A DNA stretch of 64,000 nt from Octopus sinensis (GCF_006345805.1 NC_043020.1:13950001-14014000), one strand, 5' to 3'. Counted from the stretch's first letter, positions 10,798 through 23,023 are shown. Made by a program: numbers and translations. The notes: generated from the letters alone by a model not told the origin.

Positions 10798-12638
10798 ACT
10801 GATCTTGTTTAAAGTATTTTCACAGAATGTATCAAATATTCAATTTTTTTAGAAATTGTTGTTTTTATTATCTTCTCTAAAACTTGAGTGTAAACTTCAG
10901 TTTCTGTCAAACTAAGATCTGGTTTCCATTCCTACTCAGAACTATTCCGTTAATGTGGAATTTAAACTAGCCATATCTGACCAAAATGTTCTACCAATTT
11001 TATGTTCAAACTGACCAGATCCATCCTTTCATACTTACCCCACAATGTTAATCTTCAATATTTCCATTTCAAATAGTTTTTTTTCTACCTATATAGGCAC
11101 AGGTGTGGCAAGATTAATCTTCAATATTTCCATTTCAAACAGATTTTTTTTTTCTACCTATATAGGCACAGGTGTGGCTGTGTGATAAAAAGCTTGCTTT
11201 CTAACCACATGGTTCAGTTCTACTACATGGCACCTTGGACAAGTGTCTTCTACTATAGCCTCATACCAACCAAAGCCTTGTGAATGGATTTGGTTGATGG
11301 AAACTGGAAGAAGCCCGTTGATTTAGCTGATATTTCTGATGGTGTGTATTTAATTATCTATTATCATCTCTACATTGTCTCTGTTCGTTTACTGAGGATA
11401 TTGGGAGCGACTAAACAGACTGCTTTTGTCTATGTTGTTGCTGTTCAAGGTAATGTGGCCAAAGACGGCAAATAGAAGAGAGAATCAGAGCGAAAGGGTG
11501 ATGAAAGAGAGAGGGGTATGATGGGAGAAATAGTGAGAAAAGGATGATAGAAAATGATAGGAAGCTACAGGTTAGCTGAGGGAAAGATAAGCAAGAAGGT
11601 AGTCTATGAGTCTGGAGAGATTAAAAAAAAACAATAAACAATTCAGTGAACCCATCACTGTATCCAGTAATTACTTTTATTTACAAAACTAACGAAGCTT
11701 TTGATATGGTGTTCGGTGGGGTGAGAGCAATAATTCGGGTCTGGATAAGTTGGTTAAATTGTTTTTCTTTTTTTATGAAGAATAAAATTATTAAAAAAAA
11801 AAAATTAAAATTATAAAAAGAAAAGAAATAAACATTTCCCATGGTCCTTCATTGAACTATTAATATAAAAGAGAAAACTTAAGTGACAGTAGTTGATGAA
11901 ATGCATTCACTTAACCTTGTTTAACACAGTTTAACCGATATGAAGGACTCTTGCAGCCATGTAAAGTATTGCCAATATATGTTCGTTGTATTTCATAATT
12001 ATTTTCAAGTGACCTTAAATTCAAGCTTCCATAAAAATTCTCACAATACCCGAATGAAATGCAGAAAAACATTTTAGTTGCGTTTCACATGGTTCTGAAG
12101 CTCAGACGTGGTTATTTGTTTGAAATTTCTTCTTGTTTTATACTAAATATATCTCAAACTGGAGTCAAGTCCTGCTCTGAATGAAATGGTTTTGTGTATG
12201 TTAAAATAATAATACTTTCTGCTACAATATTTTTAAACACTTATATTTTAGATTTAGACGATTCATTAACATTTAATTCTAAGCTCATAAAATGTGTGTT
12301 TAAAATTAAGTTTATACTTGTTTTAAAAATCTACAAAAGATGTATTGATAAAATATACATATGCTCCGGCACATACACAGTCCAAGCTAGAATAAGTAAT
12401 CTGTCCATTAAAAGATTACGATATAACAAAAAATTCTTACAAAAGTATAAAAAAAAATTTTTCTTTCAAATTAAAGACGAAAAAAAAGTTTAAAATCCAG
12501 TTTCTTCTTCTCAAGGATTTTTTATTCTGCTGCGAACATTTTCAGGCTTGACTTCAACTAAACATTTCTGAGCTGGGAATTTTCTCTCTAATTTGGAACA
12601 GTCACAATTCATATTTTGATTGGCCTTTCTTTAAATTT

Positions 12639-12785
12639 CTAATTTCTTAAGTTAATAAATGGTTTGTTGCTACCATACGGTCTATTCATTCGTTTTTGCA
12701 GCAGTTTGTTATTGGAATCTTTTGGGTTCTTCACATGATAATGGTAGTCTACTCGCATACTCTGGAGGGCGTTAGTCATCTCTTC
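12639..12785 (-). CDS. MAPKAPK2: MAPKAPK2 terminal coding exon (EEMTNALQSMRVDYHYHVKNPKDSNNKLLQKRMNRPYGSNKPFINLRN*)
   Basis: aattacag acceptor, 49 codons ending in TAG at 12641-12639. EEMTxALxxMRVDY is the MK2/MK3 nuclear export motif. Confidence 0.92.
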   Translation of the reverse strand, partial: EEMTNALQSMRVDYHYHVKNPKDSNNKLLQKRMNRPYGSNKPFINLRN

Positions 12786-13298
12786 CTGTAATTACACAAA
12801 ACAATCATCTTAATTTTTTTCATTTATAAGGAAGACAAAATTTGTATAAATATTTCAGCTGAATGACTTGAATTCATCCAGCACATTTTTAAAGAGAAAT
12901 GGTAAATTCTGTTACTTAAGTCATGTGACTAGAACAGAAGACAGAAAAAAATACCAACTAAATCTTTCTACTTTTAGCATGAGGCTGGGAGGGGATGAGT
13001 TGATTACATCCACCCCCTACTTTATTTTATCGACCCCCAAAAGCGATGAGAGGCTAAGTCAGCACATAATGAGATAGAAAAATTACTCCTAATCAAAATG
13101 ATACATAATATAAAATTATTCCGTTTATATATTTGTTTTGCAAGATTCTTGATGTGAAATCGTGTGTTGAAACAGATATTGTTGTATTTCAGAATGGTCA
13201 TTTTGCCAGTTTAGCCAATAAAAACACACACACTATATATTTGGTGTTACTTTGCTTCAGTGTTGTTTATTTTTTTACATTAATCTTAATCTTATTTC

Positions 13299-13343
13299 GG
13301 CCAGAGTTCTTTCGTCACACTCCTGTGACCTCATCAGTGGTCC
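13299..13343 (-). ncRNA. Minimal type I hammerhead ribozyme motif with intact core, sense to the MAPKAPK2 last intron
   Basis: Minus strand reads GGACCA-CTGATGA-G-GTCAC-AGGAGT-GTGAC-GAAAG-AA-CTC-TGGCC. Stem II has 5 bp, stem I is CCA/TGG, and the cleavage triplet is CUC. Confidence 0.78.
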
Positions 13344-13937
13344 TTTGCTTTTTTATTTGTGTGTCTCGCCTTACTAATGGTCAGCCATTTTGTATTTCTA
13401 TTGTATGTGTCTTCATTTGCACACCTGTATATCTCTAGCTATTTTGACCTGTGCTTCACTCGGGGTTTTGGTAGTGGTGTTGTTTTGTGCGTGTTGTCTC
13501 CTTTTCCCTTTCTTCTTTTGTTCGTCTTCTTTGCCTTTCCCATATTCCTCACCACGGCAACCAAACGGTAGCCCCGAGTGACTTGCAACCCTTCTCACAC
13601 CATTGTGCACCCCTTTTTACCCCCCAGTGTAAATTTTGGTGCCAATCCGACCCCCATCTACCGCCCCATCCCAAAAAACCGTCCCCATCCCAAAATGAGA
13701 CGACCAAGAAATTAAACAACTTTTTTGTATTTCAACTTTATAGATATTGATTGGTTCTTGATTTTATCTACTTGGAGACAGAGTCCATTCTGTTACAAAC
13801 TTGGGGGGGGGGCTTTGTCCAGAAGATGACATCCTCCCTTCCTATTCCTAGTTTCAGAGGTCCTGAGAAAGGGGTAAAAATTCCTGCATCATTTTCATAT
13901 CGTTGACTAATAAAAATTAACCTGATTGACTTAATAA

Positions 13938-14291
13938 CACTGTGTAACACAATCTTTGTCTTTGACTAGCAACAGTTATTTCCTGTTTACTTATTCCTAG
14001 AAAGCATGAAGAATGGTTAACATTTCCTTCAAACTTTGCTTTCCTTACATTTATTCAAACCCCAAAGAATCCCTCTCAACACATGGCTATGATGCTCCCC
14101 CACTACTCCTGCTCACTGTGTAACACAATCTTTGTCTTTGAGTAGCAACTGTTATTTCCTGTTTACTTATTCCTAGAAAGCATGAAAAATGGTAAATATT
14201 TCCTTCAAACTTTGCTTTCCTTACGTTTATTCAAACCACAAACAATCCCTCTCAGCACATGGCTATGATGCTCCCCCACTACTCCTGCTCA
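13938..14291. repeat. Two-copy tandem duplication of about 177 bp overlapping a family D fragment
   Basis: CACTGTGTAACACAATCTTTG...CCACTACTCCTGCT occurs twice in tandem. Confidence 0.85.
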
Positions 14292-15108
14292 TGATCTGAG
14301 ATGCACATATTGTCAGCCACTAAGAGACATGCTCAAGTGGAACAGTCAAGCAACTGACAAGCAAATCTGTGGTATTGAGCAGAATATTTGCTATAATGAT
14401 ATTTCTGCTTCAGCAACTCAGTGCTGAATCTGTCTGAAATGTAATGGAAAATAGGTCAGTTTCAAGACATTGATGTCTGAATCAGAAAAGCAAAGTTTGA
14501 AGGGAATAGTAGTGATTTTCTTTGATTTCTAGATAGAAGCACAACCTTCGAACTTTAGGCCTCACTGAGGAAATGACCGGCGACCGAGACCTTTGGAAAT
14601 ATGCTGTACGTGAGAAGACCAGGCAGGACAAGTGAGCCCAGCCCACTTATGCATGCCTTTCCTCCCTTGGACACAAAGACCTGTTGAGGCACCAGCCTCA
14701 CCTGGCACCTGTGCCAGTGGCACGTAAAAAGTACCCACTACACTCACAGAGTGGTTGGCGTTAGGAAGGGCATCCAGCTGTAGAAACATTGCCAGATAAA
14801 ATTGGAGGCTGGTGCAGCCTTCTGGCTTCCCAGATCCCCCGGTCGAACCATCCAACCCATGCTAGCATGGAGAACGGACGTTAAATGATGATGATGATAG
14901 AAGCAAATAACACCTTACTAACCAAAGACTAAAAAATAAAAATTTTGTTACACAGAGTAATTAACTAGAATGGTCTTAGTAGTGTGTCTCAAAGAATTTA
15001 TGCTTCTGAAATTCTACAACTGAACAGTAAGCAAGAAAATATGCCAGTTTGACATATCAAAATTCGAAAATGGAATCTGTATGGTACTTATTAGTAAAAA
15101 ATCCTTAC

Positions 15109-15189
15109 CTGAACATCGTACCATTCTGAGGCATCATCTTGGAGGTTCATTATAGATAAAAGAGGAGTTGGCGGAACATCAACAACATT
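15109..15189 (-). CDS. MAPKAPK2: MAPKAPK2 exon (NVVDVPPTPLLSIMNLQDDASEWYDVQ)
   Basis: ttttcag acceptor and CAG|gtaagg donor, 81 nt. PxTPL corresponds to the p38 site equivalent to human T334. Confidence 0.92.
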
Positions 15190-16925
15190 CTGAAAATAAA
15201 CAAAGATTTAAAATATTAACCATTCTACAAGATTCTCACATTGAAAGAACTTTTCAAACAGGATATCTTTTCCTCCAAAATTCTTTTTTTCTTTTTTGAA
15301 GTTTACGTTGTGTTGTGTTGACAGATTTGCACTTAAAATTCCAGCATTTTTAATCAAAACTTGTTAGTTACTAAGGAGACAACTCTCTAACTCTCTCTCT
15401 CTCACTCACTCACTCACTCACACTCATTGTATTTCTCTCCTAACAACTTTTCTCCTCCTCTTCTTCCCTCTCTTTACACACATAGGCGCAGGAGTGGCTG
15501 TGTGTTAGGTACCTTGTTTACTAACCACATGGTTCCGGGTTCATTCCCACTGGGTGGCACCTTAGGCAAGTGTCTTCTACTATAGCCTCGGGCAGACCAA
15601 AGCCTTGTGAGTGAATTTGGTAGACGGAAACTGAAAAAAGCCCGTCGTGTATATGTTTGTGTGTCTGTCCACCCAACATCGCTTGACCAGCAAAAGATTT
15701 GGTTAAAAAGAGGCGATGGCTAGAAGGATATTGAGTTTTTCATAACCAGCTGATCTAGCAAATGGGGCCTCATATCAGTGAGGGGGGCCGGTGCGCATTG
15801 ATACCGTCGAGAGGTAGGCCCCGAAATGGCGCACATTCTCTCCTGATGACCCCATACACTTGCTGGTTTCCGGTATACGGAGCTTTTGACTGGTAGCACT
15901 TGCATGTGCAAGTTGTTTGCAAGACACCTAAGTACTAGGCTTCCAAAGAATAAGTCCTGGGGTCGATTTGCTCGACTAAAGGCGGTGCTCCAGCATGGCC
16001 GCAGTCAAATGACTGAAACAGGTAAAAGAGTAAAGAGAGAGAGAGAGATGTTGTTTCAGACAGACAGAAACCAGCTTCTCTTTTATAATATAAGATTAGA
16101 GAATGAGTGGTTCATCTGTCACAATTCCTGTTTTGTCGTGGAATTAGGATGAGTAAAGCTAGTGTCTTCTGAGACTACAACACAGCCACTGATGAAAACT
16201 CACTGAAATGGCCAACATCCCAAACATTAGATCATTCAAACACCTCATTAATATTATGTTGCCAGAAGCTACCAATAAACTACCTCAAGTGGGTACACTT
16301 TACTCTCTTTTACTTGTTTCAGTCATTTGACTGGTGGCCATGCTGGAGCACCGCCTTTAGTCAAGCAAATCGATCCCAGGACTTATTCTTTGTAAGCCTA
16401 GTACTTATTCTATCAGTCTCTTTTGCCGAACCGCTAAGTAACGGGGACATGAACACACCAGCATCGGTTGTCAAGCAATTCTAGGGGGACAAACACAGAC
16501 ACACACATATATATACATACATATATATGACAGGCTTCTTTCAGTTTCCGTCTACCAAATCCACTCAAAAGGCTTTGGTCGGCCCGAGGCTATAGTAAAA
16601 GACACTTGCCCAAAGTGCCACGCAGTGGGACTGAACTCGAACCATGTGGTTGGTTAGCAAGCTACTTACCACACAGCCACTCCTGCACCTGTGAAAGTAA
16701 TTTATATTTTTGGTAATGGATGTAAATTTAAGCACTATGTATGTTCCAGTTTTTACAATACATACATTATGTCTCTGTCTGTCTAAAGGGCAAATAAAAG
16801 AGCTGACATCTGGTCATAAACACAGATATAAAAGCATAGACAATAACGCTGATGATGATGATGGATCAGCAGAATCTCTGGAATTTTATTAAGAGTTAGG
16901 AAGATATTTTAAAAAAGTTACTTAC

Positions 16926-17011
16926 CCCAACCCAAGGATTAGACATCACATCACGGATCGTTAGTCTTTCATCTGGATCGGTTTTTAACAAACCCTTTAT
17001 CAAGTCTTTTG
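16926..17011 (-). CDS. MAPKAPK2: MAPKAPK2 exon (AKDLIKGLLKTDPDERLTIRDVMSNPWVG), kinase subdomain XI
   Basis: ttttag acceptor and GGG|gtaagt donor, 86 nt, phase 1-0. Confidence 0.93.
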
Positions 17012-17574
17012 CTAAAATTAAAGTTTGAAAAAGTTTTATTATTAGATATATATATATAAAATGTATGTACATACATACATGCACACACACACACACGTGG
17101 AGGTGCAATGACCTAGTGGTTAGAGCGGTCATAGGATTGCAGTTTCGATTCCCAGACCGAGCGTTGTAAGTGTTTATTGAACGAAAACATCTAAAGCTCC
17201 ACGAGGCTCCGGCATATAGTATTACATTTATTGTCCAATTTACTTCTACGTTTGTACATCAACATGTGCATACTATCAATGATCTGCATACTATCACACA
17301 CACATAGGATGGAAAATTTCTCTAAATGGTTGAGAGAAGTGAGGTACTGTGAAGTGACATGCTTTTCTAAAGACAACAAGAGATGCCTCAACAAAATATG
17401 AGCTGTTACACCAATCCTAAAGTAGATAAAGAAATATTTTTTCAACACCTAATCCAATCAGGCAAATATAAAAGTTGAGTGGAAATCAGAACACAAGCAA
17501 GAAACTGGTTATTCTATTGATGAAACTGAGCTAAATCTATAGATATGGATTTCAGTTAAATCTACAGATATGTA

Positions 17575-17960
17575 ATCTTTATATATAAAAGTAAGGTTGT
17601 GTGTCTGTCTCCTACGATTTAGATTCCTTACTCCCACATTTTGCGGTGCAGTTTAACCAAAAGTGGGTATCTTATAGTTGTGATTCATATCGAGCCCTTC
17701 TGGGTATTAGCATGAGTCTACGATTTAAAAAATAATTTACCATCATTTTTTCCATTTTAGTGCATATTTTTTTTAATATAAGGGAAGTAACTCTCTAAAA
17801 ATGTCTACGATGAGTCAACGATTTAAAAAAAAATTTACCATCGTTTTTTTTTCCATTTTTAATGCATTTTTTTTGCTATTTTTTGGCTATAACTCTCTAA
17901 AAATGCTTATATAGTTATTTCCCTTACAAACCCGAGCAACGCCGTGCGATACTGCTAGTA
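17575..17960 (-). mobile_element. HINE-like non-autonomous rolling-circle element
   Basis: Ends in ACCCGAGCAACGCCG.GCGATACTGCTAGT; near-identical to 28129-28527. Confidence 0.6.
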
Positions 17961-18403
17961 TATATATAAATAAGGTATTTAACAGTATAACGTTAAACTC
18001 TATGTCACTAATAATTTTAAAACTGCCAAGTTTAGGCAATCATATTTAATGTAGTAAGGAAAAGAAATCTCACTAATCAATAATGCTAATGCACTTGATT
18101 AATTACATCTAAAAAGGCAACGAGCTCACAATAATTAACATGCCAGACAAAATTCTTAGCGGTATTTCGTCTGTCTTTACATTTTTTAAGTTCAAATTCT
18201 GCTGAAGTTGACTTTGCCTTTAATATTTTGGGGGTTGATAAAACAAGTACTGGTTGAACACTGGGGTTGATGTAATCAACTTAGCCCCTTCCCTGAAACT
18301 GCTGACCTTGAGCCACAATTTGACCTAATTTGACCTTGGCAAGTAAGGGAAACAACTCTGGATGTGTTTTAGTCTAACTAAACCTCTTCACTGAATGTTT
18401 CTG

Positions 18404-18814
18404 GGATCTTTTCGGTTTGAACGGCAGTTTTTTCTAGCGGTGTCATATGAAATTGTCACCCATAATTATGACCCTAGTATTGATCTATTGCATTTCAATC
18501 TATTTTAGGGTTAAGGGTGGGGGGAAGGGTATCTTTTTTTCTTCACAAATGTAAATAAACTCAATCTGTTTCTTAAATGAAGGACATATTCATACAGCAC
18601 AGAATGTTTTTTACCTCAATAGATGTCAGTGATTGATTGAAATTGCAGAAATTGAAAAAAAAAAACAACAAATATCTTACAAACTATAGAATTTTCTCAA
18701 TAAAACCAATAGTAAAAGATGTTTTATAAACACATTCTACCAGTATACGAAGTTTAAAATTTTTTAGTTACCTAGAAATTATGTTAAAAACTGCCGGTCA
18801 AACGGAAAAGATCC
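18404..18814. mobile_element. Merlin-like MITE
   Basis: GGATCTTTTC/GAAAAGATCC termini; TSD TGTTTCTG and GGTTTCTG (7 of 8 match); same internal sequence as 5225-5719. Confidence 0.75.
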
Positions 18815-19129
18815 GGTTTCTGTATACTTGTCAGATGATTGACAGCATACACATGTAGATGTACAAAGTTGTTAATAATTAAGTTGTGCTTCTCTAATGA
18901 GGACTAACAAGACTGAAATGTCTACAGTTGTTGCCCCTACTTGTGAAAATCATATTAAATTAATGATCTATCAGTAGGCTAAGGTTTTCTCCTCATTACA
19001 AAAGCGTTATTAATTAATTAATTAATTTGTTATTCTTTCACCACATCAAGTATGAAGACACTAACTTGACTGTTATATTCCATGCAGAAGGCGACTGTAG
19101 GTAGTCTCCCTTAGTCTTAAAAAAAAAGA

Positions 19130-19448
19130 CTCCGCCGGTTACGACGACGAGGGTCCCAGCTGATACGATCAACGGAACAGCTTGCTCGTGAAATTAACGT
19201 GCAAATGGCTGAGCATTCCACAGACACGTGTACCCTTAACGTAGTTCTCGGGGATAATCAGCATGACACAGAGAGTGACAAGGCTGACCCTTTGAAATAC
19301 AAGTACAACTCATTTTTGCCAGCTGAGTGGACTGGAGCAACGTGAAATAAAGTGTCTTGCTCAAGGACACAATGCCTCGCCGGGAATCGAACTCACAACC
19401 TTACGATCATGAGCTGAATGCCCTAACCACTAAGCCATGCGCCCTCAC
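19130..19448 (-). mobile_element. tRNA-derived SINE family G
   Basis: tRNA-like head on the minus strand (GGCTTAGTGGTTAG...GAGTTCGATTCCCGG) and TCCTTGAGCAAGACACTT core. Its 3' part is repeated at 42050-42300. Confidence 0.75.
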
Positions 19449-19549
19449 CCGTAGTCAAATATTATTATCATGAATACAGTTGAAAGACTGTTCTGACACC
19501 TTTAAAGGAGAACCTAATTTTACCAATGAGAAAATGTTAAGTACTTTTA

Positions 19550-19744
<195 letters not shown>

Positions 19745-19958
19745 TTACTCTTTTATACTTGTTTCAGTCATTTGATTGCGGCCATGCTGCAGCACCGCCT
19801 TTAGTCGAGCAAATCGACCTCAGGACTTATTGTTTGTAAGCAAGCCTAGTACTTATTCTATCGGTCTCTTTTGCCGAACCGCTAAGTTACAGGGCTGTAA
19901 ACACACCAGCATCGGTTGTGAAGCGATGTTGGGGGGGGGGGACAAACACAGACATATA

Positions 19959-19990
<32 letters not shown>

Positions 19991-19995
<5 letters not shown>

Positions 19996-20802
19996 CAATT
20001 AAGGAACGGCCATAATAGGCCATTCACCCACTAGAAATAACAGCCAAAGCTTCTACCGTTAATGTTGAACTTAAAAATGGTCTATGACTATTTCATTTTT
20101 TCCCACTGGGCCGCTGGTGGCAATAAAATTCTACAAAATTTTCCTTGCCACCCTATATTGATTAATTATGAATTTTTTGGTTAATTCCGTAATGGAATCG
20201 ACGGCTGATATTTATTTGCTGCCAATAAATTTGGCGCGAGTGCGACGATTCAAGAAATTACAGGGTAAATGTTTTTTTAATTTTCTCCTGTTTACGGAAT
20301 TAATCTTTATTTGCGGTAGAAGCTTTGGCTGTTATTTCTAGTGGGTGAATGGCCTATTATGGCCGTTCCTTAATTGTTAATGTTGAACTTAAAAATGGTC
20401 TATGACTATTTCATTTTTTCCCACTGGGCCGCTGGTGGCAATAAAATTCTACAAAATTTTCCTTGCCACCCTATATTGATTAATTATGAATTTTTTGGTT
20501 AATTCCGTAATGGAATCGACGGCTGATATTTATTTGCTGCCGATAAATTTGGCGCGAGTGCGACGATTCAAGAAATTACAGGGTAAATGTTTTTTTAATT
20601 TTCTCCTGTTTACGGAATAATCTTTATTTGCGGTAGAAGCTTTGGCTGTTATTTCTAGTGGTGAATGGCCTATTATGGCCGTTCCTTAATTGTTAATGTT
20701 GAACTTAAAAATGGTCTATGACTATTTCATTTTTTCCCACTGGGCCGCTGGTGGCAATAAAATTCTACAAAATTTTCCTTGCCACCCTATATTGATTAAT
20801 TA
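19991..20802. repeat. Array of about 318-bp units (2.3 copies) preceded by a 68-bp inverted copy of the unit end
   Basis: Units start at 20059, 20377 and 20693. 19991-20058 is the reverse complement of the unit 3' end. Both flanks are (TA)n. Confidence 0.9.
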
Positions 20803-20903
20803 TATATATATATATATATATAGTTAATCCAAACAAGAGGCACAAAAAAACGTGAGGACGTGGAACAAATATAGTATTATTGGACGCTCAGGAAAGTAGG
20901 AGG

Positions 20904-20938
20904 GTTTAACGTTTCGAGCGGAGCTCTTTATCGGAAAC
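20904..20938 (-). ncRNA. Degenerate hammerhead motif in a Penelope pseudo-LTR-like fragment
   Basis: Minus strand reads GTTT-CCGATAA-A-GAGC-TCC-GCTC-GAAAC-GTT-AAAC. Stems I and II are intact; the core is mutated. Confidence 0.5.
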
Positions 20939-21636
20939 ATAGGAGAAGGAATGACAGAGGAAAAAAAAATCGCCAACGGTACACACGTGGTCACATATAT
21001 ATGACGGGCTTCTTTCAGTTTCCGTCTACCAAATCCAATCACAAGGCTTTGGTTGGCCCGAGGCTTATAGTAGAAGACACTTGCCCAAGGTGCCACGCAG
21101 TGGGACTGAACCCAGAGCCATGTGGTTCGTAAGCAAGCTACTTACCACACAGCCACTCCTACGCCTGGATTATTGTGGCTGTCAATGTGTCACCGTTCAC
21201 CTTGACATGAATTCTGGTTGTTGCTATCCCACAGAGACTCTTATTATCCCACTGTTCCACTATCATCATCACCATGAACATTTAATACTGGCATGGGTTG
21301 GAGATGGCTTGATCAGCCAGGGGATGCAAAAGGGTTCGTTATCTGTTTTGACTTAGTTTCTACAACTGGATGCCCTTCCTAATGCCAACTACTTCACAGA
21401 GTGTACTCTTTTACTTGTTTCGGTCATTTGACTGTGGCCATGCTGGAGCACCGCCTTTAGTCAAGCAAATCGACCCCTGGACTTATTCCTCATAAGCCTA
21501 GTACTTATTCTATCAGTCTCTTTTGCTGAACTGCTATGTTACGGGGATGTAAACACAGCAACATTGGTTGTCAAGCGATGTTGGGGGACAAACACAGACA
21601 CACAAACATATACACACATACATATATATATGTGTA

Positions 21637-21672
<36 letters not shown>

Positions 21673-22787
21673 CATACATACATATATATGACGGGCTTCT
21701 TTCAGTTTCCGTCTACCAAATCCACTCACAACGCTTTGATCGGCCTGAGACTATAGTAGAAGACACTTGCCCAAGGTGCTACGCAGTGGGACTGAACCCA
21801 GAACCATGTGGTTGGAAAGCAAGCTACTTACCACACAGCCACTCCTGCGCCTATGTACTGGATGCTTTTTATGTGGCGCCATCACCAAGTGTTTTTTATG
21901 ACATCTATAATATCACTGCTAGAAATAGCAGTCAACTGACCTTAAAATCACATCACACTGTTATTTTTTTCTTTATTAGTTTCAGCTCAAAAGCTACAGC
22001 CATACTGGGGCAAAACATAAGCTACATTAAACAATGGAGCTCTAGAGACACTCTTCTTGAAGAAAAGTTGGGATGGTCACCTTTGACCATATGCCTGATA
22101 TATCAGTTCATACCTAATCTCTCAAAAAATAAGATCACAATATAGACATATATATAAGGTGCAGGCATGGCTGTGTGATAAGAAGCTTGTTTTTCAACCA
22201 CATGATTCTAGGTTCAATCCCCCTGTGTGGCACCTAAGACAAGTGTTTTGGGCCAACTAAAGCCTTGTGAGTGGATTTCATTGATGGAAACTGAAAAGAA
22301 CCTGTCGTGTGTGTGTGTGTGTCTGTGTTTGTCCCCCACCACCTCTTAACTGGTGTTGGTTTGTTTACATCCCTGTACCTTGGCAATTTGGCAAAAGAGA
22401 CTGATCAGATAAATACCAGATTTAAAAAGAAAATGAGTACAAGGGTTGATTAATTTGACTAAAATTCCTGAAGGTGATGCCCCAGCATGGCCATAGTCTA
22501 GTGACTGAGACAAGTAAAAGATAAAAGAAAAACGATATATTCGCTAGAAACAGTTGTAGTGAGAAGTGATTCATGTTTTGTACCAGATAATAATTTTGAG
22601 TTTTTCATTCAATTCTACTATAAAATAGTGTTTATATAATTTTCATGGTTCTTTGAAGTCAGACATCCTTATTCTAACCAAGACCTAATCAATATAATTT
22701 CTAGCCATAACAAGCTTTCATCATTAAATCCAACAATTAAACAGAATTACACATCAAAGTTAATTTGAGATAATTAGCAGCTTTTTT

Positions 22788-22834
22788 GTGTGTTTTTGCT
22801 ACACACATATATATATATATATACACATATATAC

Positions 22835-22866
<32 letters not shown>

Positions 22867-22896
22867 ACATATACATATATATATATATATATACAC

Positions 22897-22930
<34 letters not shown>

Positions 22931-23023
22931 CACATATATATATATATATATACACATATATATATATACACACATATATATACACACATATATACACACA
23001 CACATATACACACACACATATAT

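Noticed and set aside
11650-12638. AU-rich elements in the MK2 3' UTR implying autoregulation
   Set aside because: Only scattered ATTTA pentamers, as expected at this AT content, and the UTR end is undefined.
18889-18927. Hammerhead-like CTAATGA-GGACTAACAAGACT-GAAATGTC
   Set aside because: The essential G5 is mutated and stems I and II are broken; it could be chance.
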